Shown here piece after piece: positions 51,201-58,482 of a stretch of DNA of 64,000 nucleotides. Position 1 is the first letter of the stretch, and each line of letters starts with the position of its first letter. The notes beneath the pieces are model-generated. The model searched no databases, was not told where the DNA came from, and saw nothing but the letters and a program-made list of their open reading frames with translations. Both the position numbers and the translations under genes were made by a program. Source of the DNA: Amphiscolops sp. MND2022 (lineage: Eukaryota); the NCBI GenBank assembly GCA_964187785.1, contig OZ076409.1, positions 30,816,001 through 30,880,000 of the forward strand, read 5' to 3'.

Positions 51201-54200
51201 TTTGAAGAGGAACAGATGATAGACTCATTTCAACAAACTCTCTAAAACTCCACTGAACCCGTTTTATATGATGCCTTAAAACTCAATGTTGTTTAGTCTC
51301 GAAAGTCATGTAAATATGATATTTATAATATGGTTGTTGTGAATAGACCTTCATCACAGTGCAAACACGTACAATGAGTTATCTCATTGTCTAATCATAT
51401 ATTCTAAAGGTCCTGATGCGTCTAGATTCGTAATTAGATAGTAATCTACTTCTTAGCTAGTACAATTATGCGGTACTATGCGGATTGAAGTGTGACGTAT
51501 ACTCGTCATTATGCGTTTTTACTAGTACCATTATGCCGCATTATACGTTTCAAGGTGTAACGAGTATGCGGCATTATGCGCTTTTCATAAAAACTTTATA
51601 CGGCATCCTGCGGAACTAGTAGTGACGCATACTCGTCACTATGCGGTTCTCGCAGGACTTGCTAAACAACCCTAGCACGTGTTATAACGTTATCTAGAAG
51701 CCAATTCAATTACAAATGAAGGCCATCTTAAGAGATTCCCAGGGTTCATTAGTTTCTTTTCCCAAGCAATACTTTTATGATGTCATGTAAATGTGCTATT
51801 TTTATAATATAACGTCATTGGACGTAATTCTATTTTTGTCTCGATTTCATACAATGACTCCCATAAAAACGAGTGTCATGTTTTTTGGATTTTGTTCGGA
51901 GTTTCCCATCAGTGGGAAGTCATTAAGAATCCAACCCTCATCAAGTGCAGTTGCTTTCTCAAATAACTGTAAAACTTTGATTTCGTCACTGTAAAACTTC
52001 AACTTTGCTTCTCTTTTGGGATACAAGATTAATTCAAATTCTTCCCCAAAAGCCAGAAAACATTTTCACCTGAAACAACATGGGAAATAAAAGAAGCCGA
52101 AGGTCTAGAAGACTTGAGACACCGTCCCCAGACAGAGAAGTAGAGGTAACACAAATAGAAACCCCTAAAACAGGTAATGAAGCTTTAATTGATCTTAGTA
52201 ATGTTGCCCAAGGGAATTTAGGTGAAAATAGCTCCGAAAACCAGTTAACTGAACCTAGTCAAATAAGTAATGAGATGCAAGTCTGGACCCAAATCATGGA
52301 ACAAAAGAACAACGATAGGATTGAAAAGATGAGTGAAGAAATGGAAAACAAACTTGAGGCGATTCTAAAGGAAATAAAGTCCAATAAAAGTGCATCCACA
52401 GTAACTAATCCTAGATCGGATATAAACGAAATGCGAGAAAATCAACCATCGGGATCCAAATCGAGTAAATCTATAGGAGTTCATGCATCCAATAACGAAA
52501 ACTCTGATTCCGAGAACGACGACTATCCTCTTAGAGCATCTAAAATGAAGGACTTGAAACATCCTGTTAAGCCCTTCTTTGAAACTGAAACAGACTTAGA
52601 TCAAACAATACTTTCAAATGAAGAATCCGAACAAGAGGATTATCACAGATGTAGATAAGATTCTCTAGGAGCTGCACAAACACTGTGACCGAGCACTAGT
52701 TACAGGAGATTTGAACTTTGATCTCCTCAAAAACTCGCCCGTGAAAAAGTATCGTGAAACCTTGAAACAAAATGGCTATATGCAACTGATCGAAAAACCA
52801 ACTCGCGAATTCAAAAATACAATTTCTTTTTCGATCACGTTCTCATGAAAAACTTCGATGCACATTTCTTCGAGAGTGGTATAATCAAAATAGGCATAAC
52901 TGATCATCATGAAAACTTCGCTACGTTTTATCAAGAACGATTTTAGATTACAATTTTATCAAAAACGATAAGCAAAAAATCTGTTTCTTGGCAAGTTACA
53001 AGGAAATTTACACCATAACTGTACTGAACAAGATGTTAGCTGTTGCATGGAACTCTTTCTTTCCATTATCAAAGTACAGATCTTTTTGTTTCCAATATAC
53101 CAATCGCACAAAAGCGCCTAAAACCCCCTTGGTTTGATAATCTTCTAAGAAATCAAATCTCGCGACGAAATACGTTATACGTTCAGTTCTTTACGAATCT
53201 CGACAGATGATACGTACAAAAAGTTCAAAACTTCTCGGGTATGGGTAAAATCAATGTTAACGTCAAAGAAAAAAGATTATATTCAACTTTTCAAGAGTTC
53301 CCTCGAGGATTATTACAGACGATATTAAAATTGCGAATTGCTTGAACGAGCTTTTCGATACAGTTGGAGATCAACTTTTATCTAACAGGAACTCCAGCAT
53401 CAATTCAAACGTCGATCATATCGACCCTGTTCCTTTCTCATGCCTTTTGAGTACACATCACTTGGTGAAGTATCGTCAATACTGTCTGAATTGAAACCGA
53501 ATGAAGCGATCGGGATGAATGGAATACATTCTGAAGTATTTAAGGCGAGTTCTGATGGTATTGATCCGATTTAAGTTTGTCCATCAGGGAAGCCATGTTT
53601 CCAGGGTGTGCCAAAACTGTAAACTCTACAAATCCGATGATGCGCAAGACATAAATATTCATCAACCCTTTCCGGTGCTCCCAATTGTATCCAAAGTTCT
53701 AGAGAGAGTTGTGTACAGTCGGATGAACGCTTTGCTGGAATTTTTCGCTCTGCTGTCGCATTCCCAGGATGGTTTTCGATGTAAAAGATCTACCAATGAT
53801 TCAATACTTAGCATCACTGGAGGTTGAAGAGGGAAAAGCAAAGTTGCAGGTAAAGGCGTTTCTCTGGATTTGAGGAAGGCTTATGATACACTAGATCATA
53901 GCTTTTATTGGTAAAATTGAAGAAGAACGGCTTTCGTGGCAATTTTTTGAAGTGGTTCAACACCTATGTCTAATAGGAAGCAATGTGTTGTAACAAAGTG
54001 CAATCACTGGAAAAGTTTATATACAGGGGTGTTCCGCAAGGTTCCATCATTGGTCTAGTTTTTTCCTAATCAGCATGAACGATTTGGAATCTTTCTGTAT
54101 ACAGTCAAAACCTACTTTCTTCGCGGATGACGCAAATCTCCTAGTTACATCAACCAATAAAAATAACATCGGAAAAACTATGACTTTCTGTGAGATAATG

Positions 54201-57200
54201 CAGTTTGCGTTCAAAAAGACATCTTCATAAGATCAGAAACAAACAGAATACCTAGAAAAACTAGTGACTAGTAAGTTTTTGTTACCTTTCTACTCGAGTA
54301 ATTGGTAAAAATTCTCATTGCGTTATCGAGGAACAAAGGTCCTGAGTTTCCTAATTGAACAAAATCTGTACCCATTCGAGACCAAGCTCCTATCACCATA
54401 TACGTTGGAAGATAAAATCCACGAATTGAAAATTCATTCTACTTCTACCTGATGCTGACCTAATCCGAGCCATAACCACATAGTTAACGCTATTTTTATT
54501 CAAATGTACTGCCCGTTATCAGTTTGAATATATAGGACAGAGATCTTTTTCTGATCATCTCTTTTTGGAAAATGGTGAAGAAACTACAGGTTTCCTTGTT
54601 GAATATTGCCCCCGGAAATTAGTACGAAGGACCCCTTTGTGGGTTTAGGCGTTCTTCAACTGGCATCCCTGGGTTTTTTCACCAGTCTAGGACTTAGTTT
54701 TTTCCTCTTATTTCGGTTTCGGTCAACTCCTATGGCGTTATGCTGCTGGTTTTGATAAAAATTGAACAGCTCCAAAAACGGGGCTCTTATGCTGCAGCTG
54801 AAAAAAGTACCCAGAAAAAGGCAAAATAACTTCATCAGTATCTGTCTGACTTACTCTGAAGACATTTTCGAACATTTTTTCCTGGCTCATTTTCCTAGAT
54901 GAAGTTGTGCTTAAAGCGGAATGCCTCCGTTGAGTTTAGAACACTTAGAAACCACCAAGCTATGGCCCCAGAGGAAACCAAGTAAGCCGATCATTGTCTT
55001 CTCTTTCCCTTTTATAGGAACTCTCTGAAATCAGTATTGTTTCATTAGGTTAGGATCCGTTGAGATTGACACATCCTATCGGATCCCGTTCAATGTTGCT
55101 ACTCCCTTCGTTATTACATATGTATTTTAAATTGCAATGTTTTGAAAAAACTTTTAATAATAATAATGTTTATGTAAATGCTGTATAATATATACTGACC
55201 CATCTCATATGACATTAAACAATCTTTGCTGATACAATCAAAGATATGAAATACAGTGTGAGCCGGTTATAACATCACTGTTTATAAAGTCAAACCAGTA
55301 TCAGGAATTATATCGGTATCAAGAGTGCATAGAATCGGTCGATTGTAACGTCTTTGGTTTATAACTTCATTTTGACCCTATGCCGTACTTTTATCCGGAC
55401 AATACCATAAGTGATTTTTTCAAACCCTAAACGGAACTGGCATTGCCGTAAGACCAAATAATGAATTGACATTCTATGTTGTTTCAACCTTTTTGGCTGA
55501 AAAAGGGGCAAAGCCTAGAGGTAGGGCAATGGATTGCACATGTTGCGTAAAAATCACTCTTCATGTCGTGTTATGAGTTCGCGATTCATGTGCACTGTTT
55601 TTGGTAGAAATTCTTTGGGAATTCTTGTCTTGGCTAATTTGACTTTTGTTTCACTTTCACTATGTTGTGCGCAGAAAAATGGTCGGGGTTGTATTGTTCA
55701 AGTATAACCGCTGTCGAACTGACATCACCCACTCTGTAACTTTGTACTGCACTTAATGACCAGTTTCTCTTCGAGTTCCAAATTTTGAAATCGCTCATCC
55801 GGGTGCTTTCAATAAACAAGCGGCCCTCTACAAACTGAACATAAAGAATGATTTCCACGCACATAAAGCAGTGTCTGACATCTTTGTTCAGTATTTGCGA
55901 AAAAAGTATTTTGAGATAATTATTTAGTTTTGCTTCTCCAAACGATTGTGAAACATAGTATTCCACAATTCTCAGTATGTCAGCTGCTGGAATATGTGGA
56001 GTTGACCGCAGTGTCGAATAGAGTGGCGTAGCATTTTATGCTGCTGGTGTTTATCAAATTGCAAGTTACAAATGTTACATTTTTCAGATGCAGCATCCAA
56101 AAGTGATGAAGCAGCGAAGGATGGCATCCCATTTGACGCACCCGAAATGGAAGAGTTCAAAGGGAAGAGGCTGGAATTTGAGAGGGAATGGCCCGCACTT
56201 TCTGGAATCATATCATCTTCCTGTCCCATTGAGCCCAAAGTCATTGGCATAGACGAGGGAGTGTCACAGGAGGAAATCCAGGACACAGCTATTAAAGCCA
56301 TTGAAGGTAAATCTAGCTTACTGTAATGCTTATTTACTTCTGTGACTGAATACCATATACAATAGGTTCCTTGCTATGATCTGGGTGACTCTCTGGAAAC
56401 TGTTATGATGTATATGGAATTTTTGGATGCTTAACCCTAAATGGACCATGGTACGATTTCGTACCAGTTAAATTCTGCGAACTTCTTAAACGCACCAGCT
56501 GGCCGTATGGTGAAAAAATCTCTCGAATAAGATTTTCAGACAATTTTAGCATTGCACGCTTTTTCACGGAATATTGACACGATGTCTCCGAAATCATGAA
56601 AATGGGACCAATAAATAAAAAAAATTGAGCGCAGATTTTCCGTTTTTCCAGTTTTTGTTTCTGGCCCTTTTATCCCACTGGTATCAAGATTGGGTCAAAG
56701 TGACCTTAGCATGTTTTGAAACGTGCTGAAATGCAATCAGAGACACGAGGCCGGCAAAGTTTTTGCGCAAAGTCTGGAGCAAGTGCCGCTTCGAAAATCA
56801 AATTGAAAGCTCTGATTGTCTTTTTTCGAACGCGCTATGAATCGTTTGTCGGACTTGAATAGTTTAGGAGATATTGCGGTTTAAAATTTAAACACCAGAT
56901 TTTTGGATAGATCCGGCAATGTCCTGGCCCGTTAGAGGCACAACCTGTTGTTGAAAAATTTGTCATTCTTTGGTGTTAGTGATCCATTTTTGTAAATGTT
57001 CTACGTAGGTGCTAATGACATTACGAGATTTACTTTTTATTTTAACACACACCAGTCCAGAGTCTGGGAACCTTGGAGTGCATAACCTAACACTTTAAAC
57101 ATGCTTCTTTTTGGGAATCCAGAATTTACTCTCCAGCATGATATTGGGTTTAGCTTATTCGTGTTCAAATTTACAACGCAAAATTTTTCGAATTTCGAAA

Positions 57201-57511
57201 ATGAAGTTGTTGGATGTCAACATACAACTGTGGATTTCAAAAAGGTATGAAGTGGTTACTTCGGCTGGATTGGAAAACAGATTAGACGAAAAGTCTATAT
57301 AATAGTCGCGTTTAATTTCTTAGAGCGCCAACCAAAACTTGCTCGAGTATTGTCTAATCGTGTGCTGAAGGATTGCAGCTGCTGTTGTTTTGTTTATGTA
57401 GATCCTTTCCGCTACAAGCCATGGGAGTATACAGGGGTGGATATGGACGAAGAGGAGGAGGACTTCGAGAACGATCAGGATGGCGAGGAAGAGATAGGGG
57501 AAGATGAAGAG
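10577..57511 (+). CDS. AK9: Adenylate kinase 9-like host gene, partial and multi-exon (exons 10577-10651, 11488-11686, 25382-25612, 44484-44641, 49186-49350, 56088-56306, 57402-57511)
   Basis: All exons have AG/GT boundaries and compatible phases (1,2,2,1,1,1). The spliced product contains the adenylate-kinase-type motif GGYILDDFPRN and an acidic PFRYKPWEYTG.DMDEEEEDF segment that, from memory, resembles vertebrate AK9. Confidence 0.72.
11488..11686 (+). CDS. AK9: AK9-like exon
   Basis: TTTGCAG|TGTCT...CCTAT|GTAAGT; encodes SEEEANNPVDEVDENHPEVKVLIAEAVKIAESKELELPPEVYAECIATAVKKL. Confidence 0.8.
12048..12959 (+). repeat. ~900-bp dispersed repeat, copy 2
   Basis: Matches 2435-3338. Confidence 0.9.
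12740..13561 (+). mobile_element. Helentron/HINE-like non-autonomous repeat copy
   Basis: Starts TTTTTAGTCGGCGC and ends GCGCCGGTTTGGGCCGTTCCCGGCTTGTT. Confidence 0.55.
13674..14105 (-). mobile_element. LTR-end fragment with gag-like coiled-coil ORF (13657-14064)
   Basis: ORF ...IIRLSSELNSRISREMDEVINSVSVQIQRAINDAISNQVLPQIQ...NHNAYD reaches a CA terminus (TGTCGTA on + at 13674). A homologous remnant lies at ~23200-23385. Confidence 0.45.
14142..14678 (+). pseudogene. Unknown 178-codon intronless ORF fragment, probably TE- or virus-derived
   Basis: Long open frame with a CxxC near the start. A frameshifted, stop-containing continuation seems to run to ~14995, followed by AATAAA at ~15018. No family recognised. 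Confidence 0.35.
16957..17482 (+). mobile_element. Helentron/HINE-like non-autonomous repeat copy
   Basis: 5' TTTTGGTCGGCGT; 3' GACGTCGACTTGGGCCGTTCCCGGCTTGTT. Confidence 0.55.
19767..21795 (-). pseudogene. Tyrosine recombinase gene remnant (Crypton-like DNA transposon), frameshifted
   Basis: Joined minus-strand frames give SNCRIGPLLQL (R), FEHKTG (K), YNPDNVRKAW (xxxR) and TGHSEATRNKYY (H...Y), matching the R-K-(H)xxR-H-Y order. At least two frameshifts and one stop lie in 20460-20610. Acidic/basic C-terminal tail. Confidence 0.75.
25382..25612 (+). CDS. AK9: AK9-like exon (adenylate kinase domain segment)
   Basis: TTTCAAAG|ACACGGAGGG...GTCAG|GTTCGT; encodes HGGYILDDFPRNRDQWTALQDKEIVIDEVICM. 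Confidence 0.85.
25658..26992 (+). mobile_element. Left part of an older, decayed Maverick (possible terminus and polB N-terminal remnant)
   Basis: AGTAGT at 25658 followed by short direct repeats (AATCATTGAAAA..AGC). AT-rich broken frames (SDKSSHLSSNDHKK, FCGKYISDQTR) run to the TSD and continue in the polB remnant after 40886. Confidence 0.35.
26993..27245 (+). repeat. Left TIR of the Maverick (G-run plus ~2.5 copies of a 48-49-bp subrepeat)
   Basis: Reverse complement of 40630-40880; subrepeat TGCACGTTTTGGGCTCCCAACCGAAATTATTCTAAGATAGATTTC. Confidence 0.95.
27519..28406 (+). CDS. Maverick accessory protein of unknown function (first ATG 27687); possible HUH-like motif and C-terminal CxCxxC
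   Basis: 295-codon open frame inside the element containing NHSHILLY and CTCYECL. The start is uncertain and may be spliced. Confidence 0.65.
   Translation: MAKTPLLKYPHYKSEANSEEKSENLTTVFREIPFNYWLVLFATDEIRESQKEGNSEMPVSVAEMLETLTNSNGCQFIYRKHKNGENSDGELNDFCQSMPSNHSHILLYIPYFSGAEKLIKQSVSQTLSNVQNAKVKLLTVSYPENFMKTEISMFHDESLIIRGERMQKLIKVKTTETLGCKFVSSWEFEKHNSLGNCPESEKALYVFQKLLQLEKSDAPFKDTIISYIDLLQRGMGRLFLTEHSRTLDIDLGVSNTQCTCYECLYQPLHETQDDQSTNSEFSLFNEDTIINTSFL
28460..28867 (+). CDS. Phospholipase A2-like protein (parvovirus VP1u-type; PLA2 of adintoviruses)
   Basis: KIGPGDSKLD...HAIFHDAHGY resembles the GPG Ca-loop and HD..Y catalytic motif of viral PLA2. Confidence 0.7.
   Translation: MFSAREICENFNAVNYLFPRNTTTKNAFLAVCRYLDENVDLRKVNALAQSGGKIGPGDSKLDDYFNFSKILRLHAIFHDAHGYMRSFENVGPGYVYTVTKTQSFRNNMLLGHVSGIAYWTFVKLFHREHFDAFPF
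28952..29308 (+). CDS. Small Maverick membrane protein with two predicted TM helices
   Basis: Acidic N-terminus, then hydrophobic LLLVFFHYAIILAVISFCIIFLSL and FASGVLALLSACVGHVLP. The stop overlaps the ATPase start (ATGA). Confidence 0.75.
   Translation: MSTIDTCRSSGYCSELTLNENPRDQEDQLDYADLSGPNLERIIFDNTDQERPPFNFNCCDSRVERSLLLVFFHYAIILAVISFCIIFLSLCDSESKFASGVLALLSACVGHVLPGPKR
29305..30006 (+). CDS. A32/FtsK-like genome packaging ATPase
   Basis: Walker A GPAGCGKT, Walker B LVVIDD, GRH arginine finger and HNLF motif; ATG at 29305. Confidence 0.95.
   Translation: MNKRISTNPHCFISVVGPAGCGKTRLIGRMISNQEKIFRPSFDRIIYFYKHDQDSYEKLRFECSTKAVDLDLVQGLEWNAVERSEALKQRTLVVIDDLYDEAAQTKEFLDLVIAGRHKNVHLMVLRHNLFQQCKNSKTIDLNVTQMILFNSPRDLEQIGILGRQLGERSTLMKAYKRATQEPFGHLMIDLDVRSNINLRYCSHCSADVPTHFYCATDQLFVSLNDEFTKLLYS
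29978..30319 (+). CDS. Small basic Maverick protein of unknown function (conserved type)
   Basis: IKFFCDCIFNVVKGKVKL...KRKRQVL...LLKLVIPSVL pattern recalls a small Polinton protein commonly found after the ATPase; overlaps both neighbours. Confidence 0.75.
   Translation: MNSQNYYTLDLYQKFSPTLKKFFILHCSDELIKFFCDCIFNVVKGKVKLENNIQRKMAVLSREKTNIETICTKRRVSLKRKRQVLGSDRGMRLLKLVIPSVLNHLKNCHDSKQ
30303..30992 (+). CDS. Maverick hypothetical protein (229 aa) with C-terminal NLS-like PSKKLKL
   Basis: Intact ATG-started ORF packed between its neighbours (17-nt overlap upstream, 2-nt gap downstream). Confidence 0.8.
   Translation: MTASSSLRDLILITHEEYISLKQQVKKPDAREKQKQHILSNLGQDTDYLHRQEKDMDVSEPSKQSSEDALVAQLNLNSRYPTEKDISKSSEKVNEARQKPSDLVLSNLLESGVTGGKVERSRQILKKIEDCERTTLDDTNHTIILDQQDTGISVVEFLSALQVNTKQLPKKFLTLVEVLRLPQFLLANTYARHTSSQNQHHIRLAAGASPSKKLKLDSETVPNQWLTNF
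30995..32155 (+). CDS. Retroviral-like (RVE, DDE) integrase with N-terminal PHD finger
   Basis: Catalytic WSIDLAD, WVDKGREF and AERNIR; C-terminal KFRIGQQVRI...GKFYEPEL; N-terminal CGSC...CHVC.WIHFKC...FLCSHC (C4HC3). Confidence 0.96.
   Translation: MGNKKWVCGSCKKSLGKGSKKTPSLWCHVCGWIHFKCSGLTDSKEYHDNFLCSHCRESRVLLDDEKDGDYAAAFPKIHDHYTNPGNTSAFGSRRSLIKASKFRPQDVDRYLNSSETYTKFKLPRKRFPRLKVISYRLNEIWSIDLADMQKLANTNAGIRYLFVAVDVLSRYLWVEPIKVKTAHACREALKKIFAKNDKSRNPKICRETHQPEKIWVDKGREFSGEFATFCSQRGIEIYSTKSETKSALAERNIRSLKSLIFKYMHEHDQSRYFDKLDQFVAIINNRVNRMTKLAPSSVSQKDVNYLVSLCHTNAQKKPKFRIGQQVRIRRKIDTFHRGYKIQFTEELFKIAAIPTNNPPTYIVKDCDGEIIQGKFYEPELVRFAPN
32167..33186 (+). CDS. Minor capsid (penton-like, single jelly-roll) protein
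   Basis: N-terminal F.MNLISNASMDTFPENTLSSFTTLLP.PIHLSGEWQVALLEI and C-terminal FLYCDLV...GDKQTALLR...SINVTLANEMG.KIPF are typical of Polinton minor capsid. Confidence 0.9.
   Translation: MDGLSASVEHSSCNQEFTMNLISNASMDTFPENTLSSFTTLLPTPIHLSGEWQVALLEIAWPNIIQNVTVGEFTVYKRNIQSPVEKRPRKHNRPGAISMAIPAAFERQSPASTLPFYTAPVKHRLKPGCYTSVDSILASITKIAMGEEQIGRKRISSSPDNVLSLLSWKVDNVTRKLHVKFCGNHKQYGLRIFTESNDLRNILGTNVIIDCGESQKEAVEEIDTESASNTIVKHVGKWPVDLNAGSHTMFLYCDLVQNQTLGDKQTALLRSIPVKSLALVQTLGEMNHKSFSNLQWKRVIKSQFQSINVTLANEMGQKIPFLSCGRTNVTLAFRPTPRH
33263..33775 (+). CDS. Basic virion core / membrane-active protein candidate
   Basis: HYDSQ...FSG...QMGSGGGIGAF..RMGR.AIP motif with amphipathic helices and an Arg/Lys-rich C-terminus; lies between minor and major capsid genes. 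Confidence 0.75.
   Translation: MDAHYDSQIKANTHTTFSGPARQMGSGGGIGAFAVRMGRVAIPLVRKYVLPVAKQVGKNLIESAVPEIGQILSGKKKPSRKLLTNVAKRAAIETVKTNLPSGVALRPGGGVGERKPGPQRSAAKAKNGVTRNVKQSSGNRKRSNSLSSISKKARAKRSRSDILSEIQFSQ
33791..35143 (+). CDS. Major capsid protein (double jelly-roll, hexon-like)
   Basis: 450 aa, beta-rich; motifs NNTLHTLFSHAELYLNG, KLLLPNVTLHIRL, VFDLT and LTLKLYFEKAL are typical of Polinton MCP. Confidence 0.93.
   Translation: MAASVNNLFVGNSTEIAKPVTHSALDYFEKPKVMINYEGAYDQEVFPHVGCRGPQLDFFVAAEAKNLIDLNRIVLSVEVAIYHEDGKTKAKPGDFDAVFSNNTLHTLFSHAELYLNGKLISHSNNCYLHSAFVETELTTDTDSKASWAKCQGYNYLAKSSEKDQMFNKLAADFAQLKESKMQLCGALHIDFLDCEKLLLPNVTLHIRLYRSPNNTIIHLKGTDDEAKAHDGKLLAIVEKASLFVRKVVVTDSVKLSIERELVKSDAMYPYIESLNKSFIIQAGQNCFIKENVFGTEPIRRLTLCMVKNSLFRSTPLNESPFSYQKFNLQRVEIQRGNGVPLAGTPLDTTNNVRLYYNTITALGFTQKSNGISLEDYTDNHFFLVFDLTSTEEASKTFTLFPELTGSSLTLKLYFEKALDDAIELFLIGERFSQVFIDSARNIKKNSPFDG
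35136..35690 (+). CDS. Adenain-like (Ulp1-fold) cysteine maturation protease
   Basis: FAGVWSAD, IVNT...GKHW (His), WDCLG (Asp) and Q...SNLCGLYC (Gln/Cys). Confidence 0.92.
   Translation: MDNSTLQQIVLQNPHLKPSFAGVWSADNFPKQPGWTEQRIILRRGSKHSLYYRPRLVWFQIVNTSPLGAVGKHWLLLGAVSTQKKKNLVFVWDCLGQPLSRYKIFAQRLKLLYGKTGFSTINLTLQNASSNLCGLYCLFMIDYIARNPTKAPKEIDPKLKHFTEVEIIRFMNGQYHTLFRYTVV
35762..40248 (-). CDS. polB: Protein-primed DNA polymerase B; predicted exons 40248-38823, 38754-36398, 36338-36123, 36048-35762; one frameshift at ~37186-37191
   Basis: Three C2H2 fingers; SGW and DNFCF...HYCLI region; ExoI YADLE, ExoII FHNFSRYD, ExoIII YLQTD; EndoVII-like CCIC..HHCHLSG..AH..CN; Pol motifs DVTSLY, KLMSNACFG and YKDTDS; C-terminal DDKRY...GHY. 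GT-AG introns of 68, 59 and 74 bp restore the frame. Confidence 0.93.
36242..36277 (+). repeat. (CTG)12 microsatellite, poly-Ser on the minus-strand polB tail
   Basis: Read directly from the sequence. Confidence 0.95.
40272..40376. promoter_or_regulatory. Long stem-loop just upstream of the polB start codon
   Basis: Perfect 15-bp inverted repeat TTCACGGTGCCATTC / GAATGGCACCGTGAA plus inner stem AGTTGAAATTTC / GAAATTCAACT. Function unknown. Confidence 0.55.
40630..40880 (-). repeat. Right TIR of the Maverick
   Basis: Reverse complement of 26996-27245; ends ...CCTTTACTACT followed by the TSD GTTGAT. Confidence 0.95.
40887..42595 (+). pseudogene. Decayed pPolB of an older, different Maverick, interrupted by the intact element
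   Basis: Fragments across frames: SSWVELP, WCILAHLHPVEDHK, VHADFE, VCWLCGNSYEEDKIRDHDRLTGKYREGAHNLC, FHNCSGYD, LRILDSYRF, KIAYPHEHF, YLKMDVLQ*TDIFEN. Many stops. Confidence 0.88.
42600..43673 (+). mobile_element. Decayed LTR related to 51162-52647, with broken MGNKSNRRSR... ORF
   Basis: ORF from ~43108 is clearly homologous to 52080-52647 (KSASTVTNPRS, DYPL..SKMKDL.HP) and ends GAGGATTATCAC. Left boundary uncertain. Confidence 0.65.
44484..44641 (+). CDS. AK9: AK9-like exon
   Basis: TTTGTAG|GAAAGCAGCG...GATGAAG|GTTATA; coiled-coil KAAEEEEIRRRKEEEEAARLLAEEEAARK. Confidence 0.8.
44816..45233. mobile_element. MITE with long TIRs built of TTTCAACC subrepeats
   Basis: TGCATTTTCAACCGTCCGCAATT.CGACCT mirrored by AGGTCGAAATTGCGGACGGTTGAAAATGCA. 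Confidence 0.8.
45309..46111. mobile_element. Non-autonomous TIR element (partial second copy at ~43675-43980)
   Basis: CATGTTGAGC...GAATCTGTACAGATCT at left is mirrored by AGATCTGTACAGATTC...GCTCAACATG at right. Confidence 0.6.
46361..46952. mobile_element. piggyBac-type MITE inserted into the 5' end of a HINE-like repeat
   Basis: TTAA TSD at 46357-46360 and 46953-46956; TIRs CCCCAATCGACCTGG / CTAGGTTCATTGGGG. Confidence 0.7.
48102..49019. mobile_element. TIR element carrying a tRNA-like segment and a signal-peptide/EGF-like ORF remnant
   Basis: TIR core CAATCCAC....TGAGCCACCGCAATTACGATA / TATCGTAATTGCGGTGGCTCA....GTGGATTG. Confidence 0.7.
48237..48308 (-). other. tRNA-derived (SINE-head-like) Pol III promoter segment
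   Basis: Minus strand GGTCTCGTGGCAGAGTGGTTAGG (A box) ... GGTTCGAGTCC (B box); anticodon arm not canonical. Confidence 0.6.
49186..49350 (+). CDS. AK9: AK9-like exon (low complexity, acidic)
   Basis: TTCCTTCAG|AAGAAGAACC...GCTGACG|GTAAGT; phases match both neighbours. Confidence 0.7.
49942..54200 (+). mobile_element. Decayed CR1/L2-type LINE (ORF1, APE, RT), interrupted by a solo LTR
   Basis: ORF1-like IVVRFAKR; APE IIHLNIRS and TGDLNFD; RT fragments VLPIVSKVLERVVY, QDGFR, FLDLRKAYDTLDH, GVPQGSI and FADD. Many frameshifts. Confidence 0.85.
51162..52647 (+). mobile_element. Solo LTR (1486 bp) with perfect 5-bp TSD and an intact ~189-codon ORF (from 52080) running off its 3' end
   Basis: TG...CA termini; TSD GATGT at 51157-51161 and 52648-52652. 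Removing it restores the LINE APE frame (...SIADVDKIL*ELHKHCDRALVTGDLNFD). Confidence 0.85.
56088..56306 (+). CDS. AK9: AK9-like exon
   Basis: TTTTTCAG|ATGCAGC...ATTGAAG|GTAAAT; encodes AASKSDEAAKDGIPFDAPEMEEFKGKRLEFEREWPAL. Confidence 0.8.
57402..57511 (+). CDS. AK9: AK9-like exon
   Basis: TTTATGTAG|ATCCTTTCCGC...GATGAAGAG|GTGGGT; encodes PFRYKPWEYTGVDMDEEEEDFENDQDGEEEIGEDEE. Confidence 0.8.
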
Positions 57512-58482
57512 GTGGGTAACCGAATGAACCAATCCACTTTGTTCTTGCGAGAATCACTCTCTTCACAAAACTTTTTGCTGTTTTTGGGAATACGAAATGA
57601 AAAACAAGCCGCGAAATGCCAAAGTCGGCGCCCCGCTAGAGTTTCAAAACAGAACAAGTTTCTCAAATACGCAAAGGTCACTTGTTGAAATTTCACCAAT
57701 TTTTTAGTGCCGAAAAATACCCAAAGGCACGAGGCCCGAAAACTTGTTTCCAACTGGAAAAAGCAAAAAACCTATTTTTGAAATTTTTTGATGGAAAAAG
57801 TCCTATAGTGCTAAAACGGGAGAGTAGTTGGGAAAACGGCCGGGTTTGCAACGGGGTAGGATTGTCACCCTACAGCCGGGTTTGCAACGGGGACATGTAG
57901 GAGTAGCTTCTTTTGGTTAGGATTTCATTCGCCGGTTGGAATGAACGGCGAAATTGATTCGGCGCTCGGAAAACGTTTGTTCGGCGGTCAGAATTGTGTC
58001 GGAAAAACCATTCTTCCAGCGCTGTGGAATACTTCGCTGCCCGTTCCTTTCACTTCGATACTCGGGAATGGTTTAGGATTCAACGCTTGAAATTAGTTTT
58101 TTCCCCAAAAAATTTCAAAATCCTATCAAATTACGAAGTTCCTGCAGGAGAAGCGTAGACGTTCTTACTATTCGATTGAATGTCCAAAAGAACTATCCTT
58201 GTCATTTTGGTGCAGGTGAAGTGTAGAGCGGTGGTGGATTAACTGATAATTTCAAGTTTAGAACAAGCTGTACAAAACATTCCCAACTTGGTATCAGCTA
58301 TTGAAACGTAATATTGCAACTATGCTTAGCTTAGAGGAATGTTTTTTAGCCATGTTTGCAAAAGTTCTCGTGTAAATGGAAAGCTCTACTCAACTGAAAT
58401 GCTGGTGCTGGAGTTTTCTTCAATAGCTAATATCTTCCTCCTTTCAAACGTCTTTCTTGGTGAAGGTCTAAACTTTCATGTT

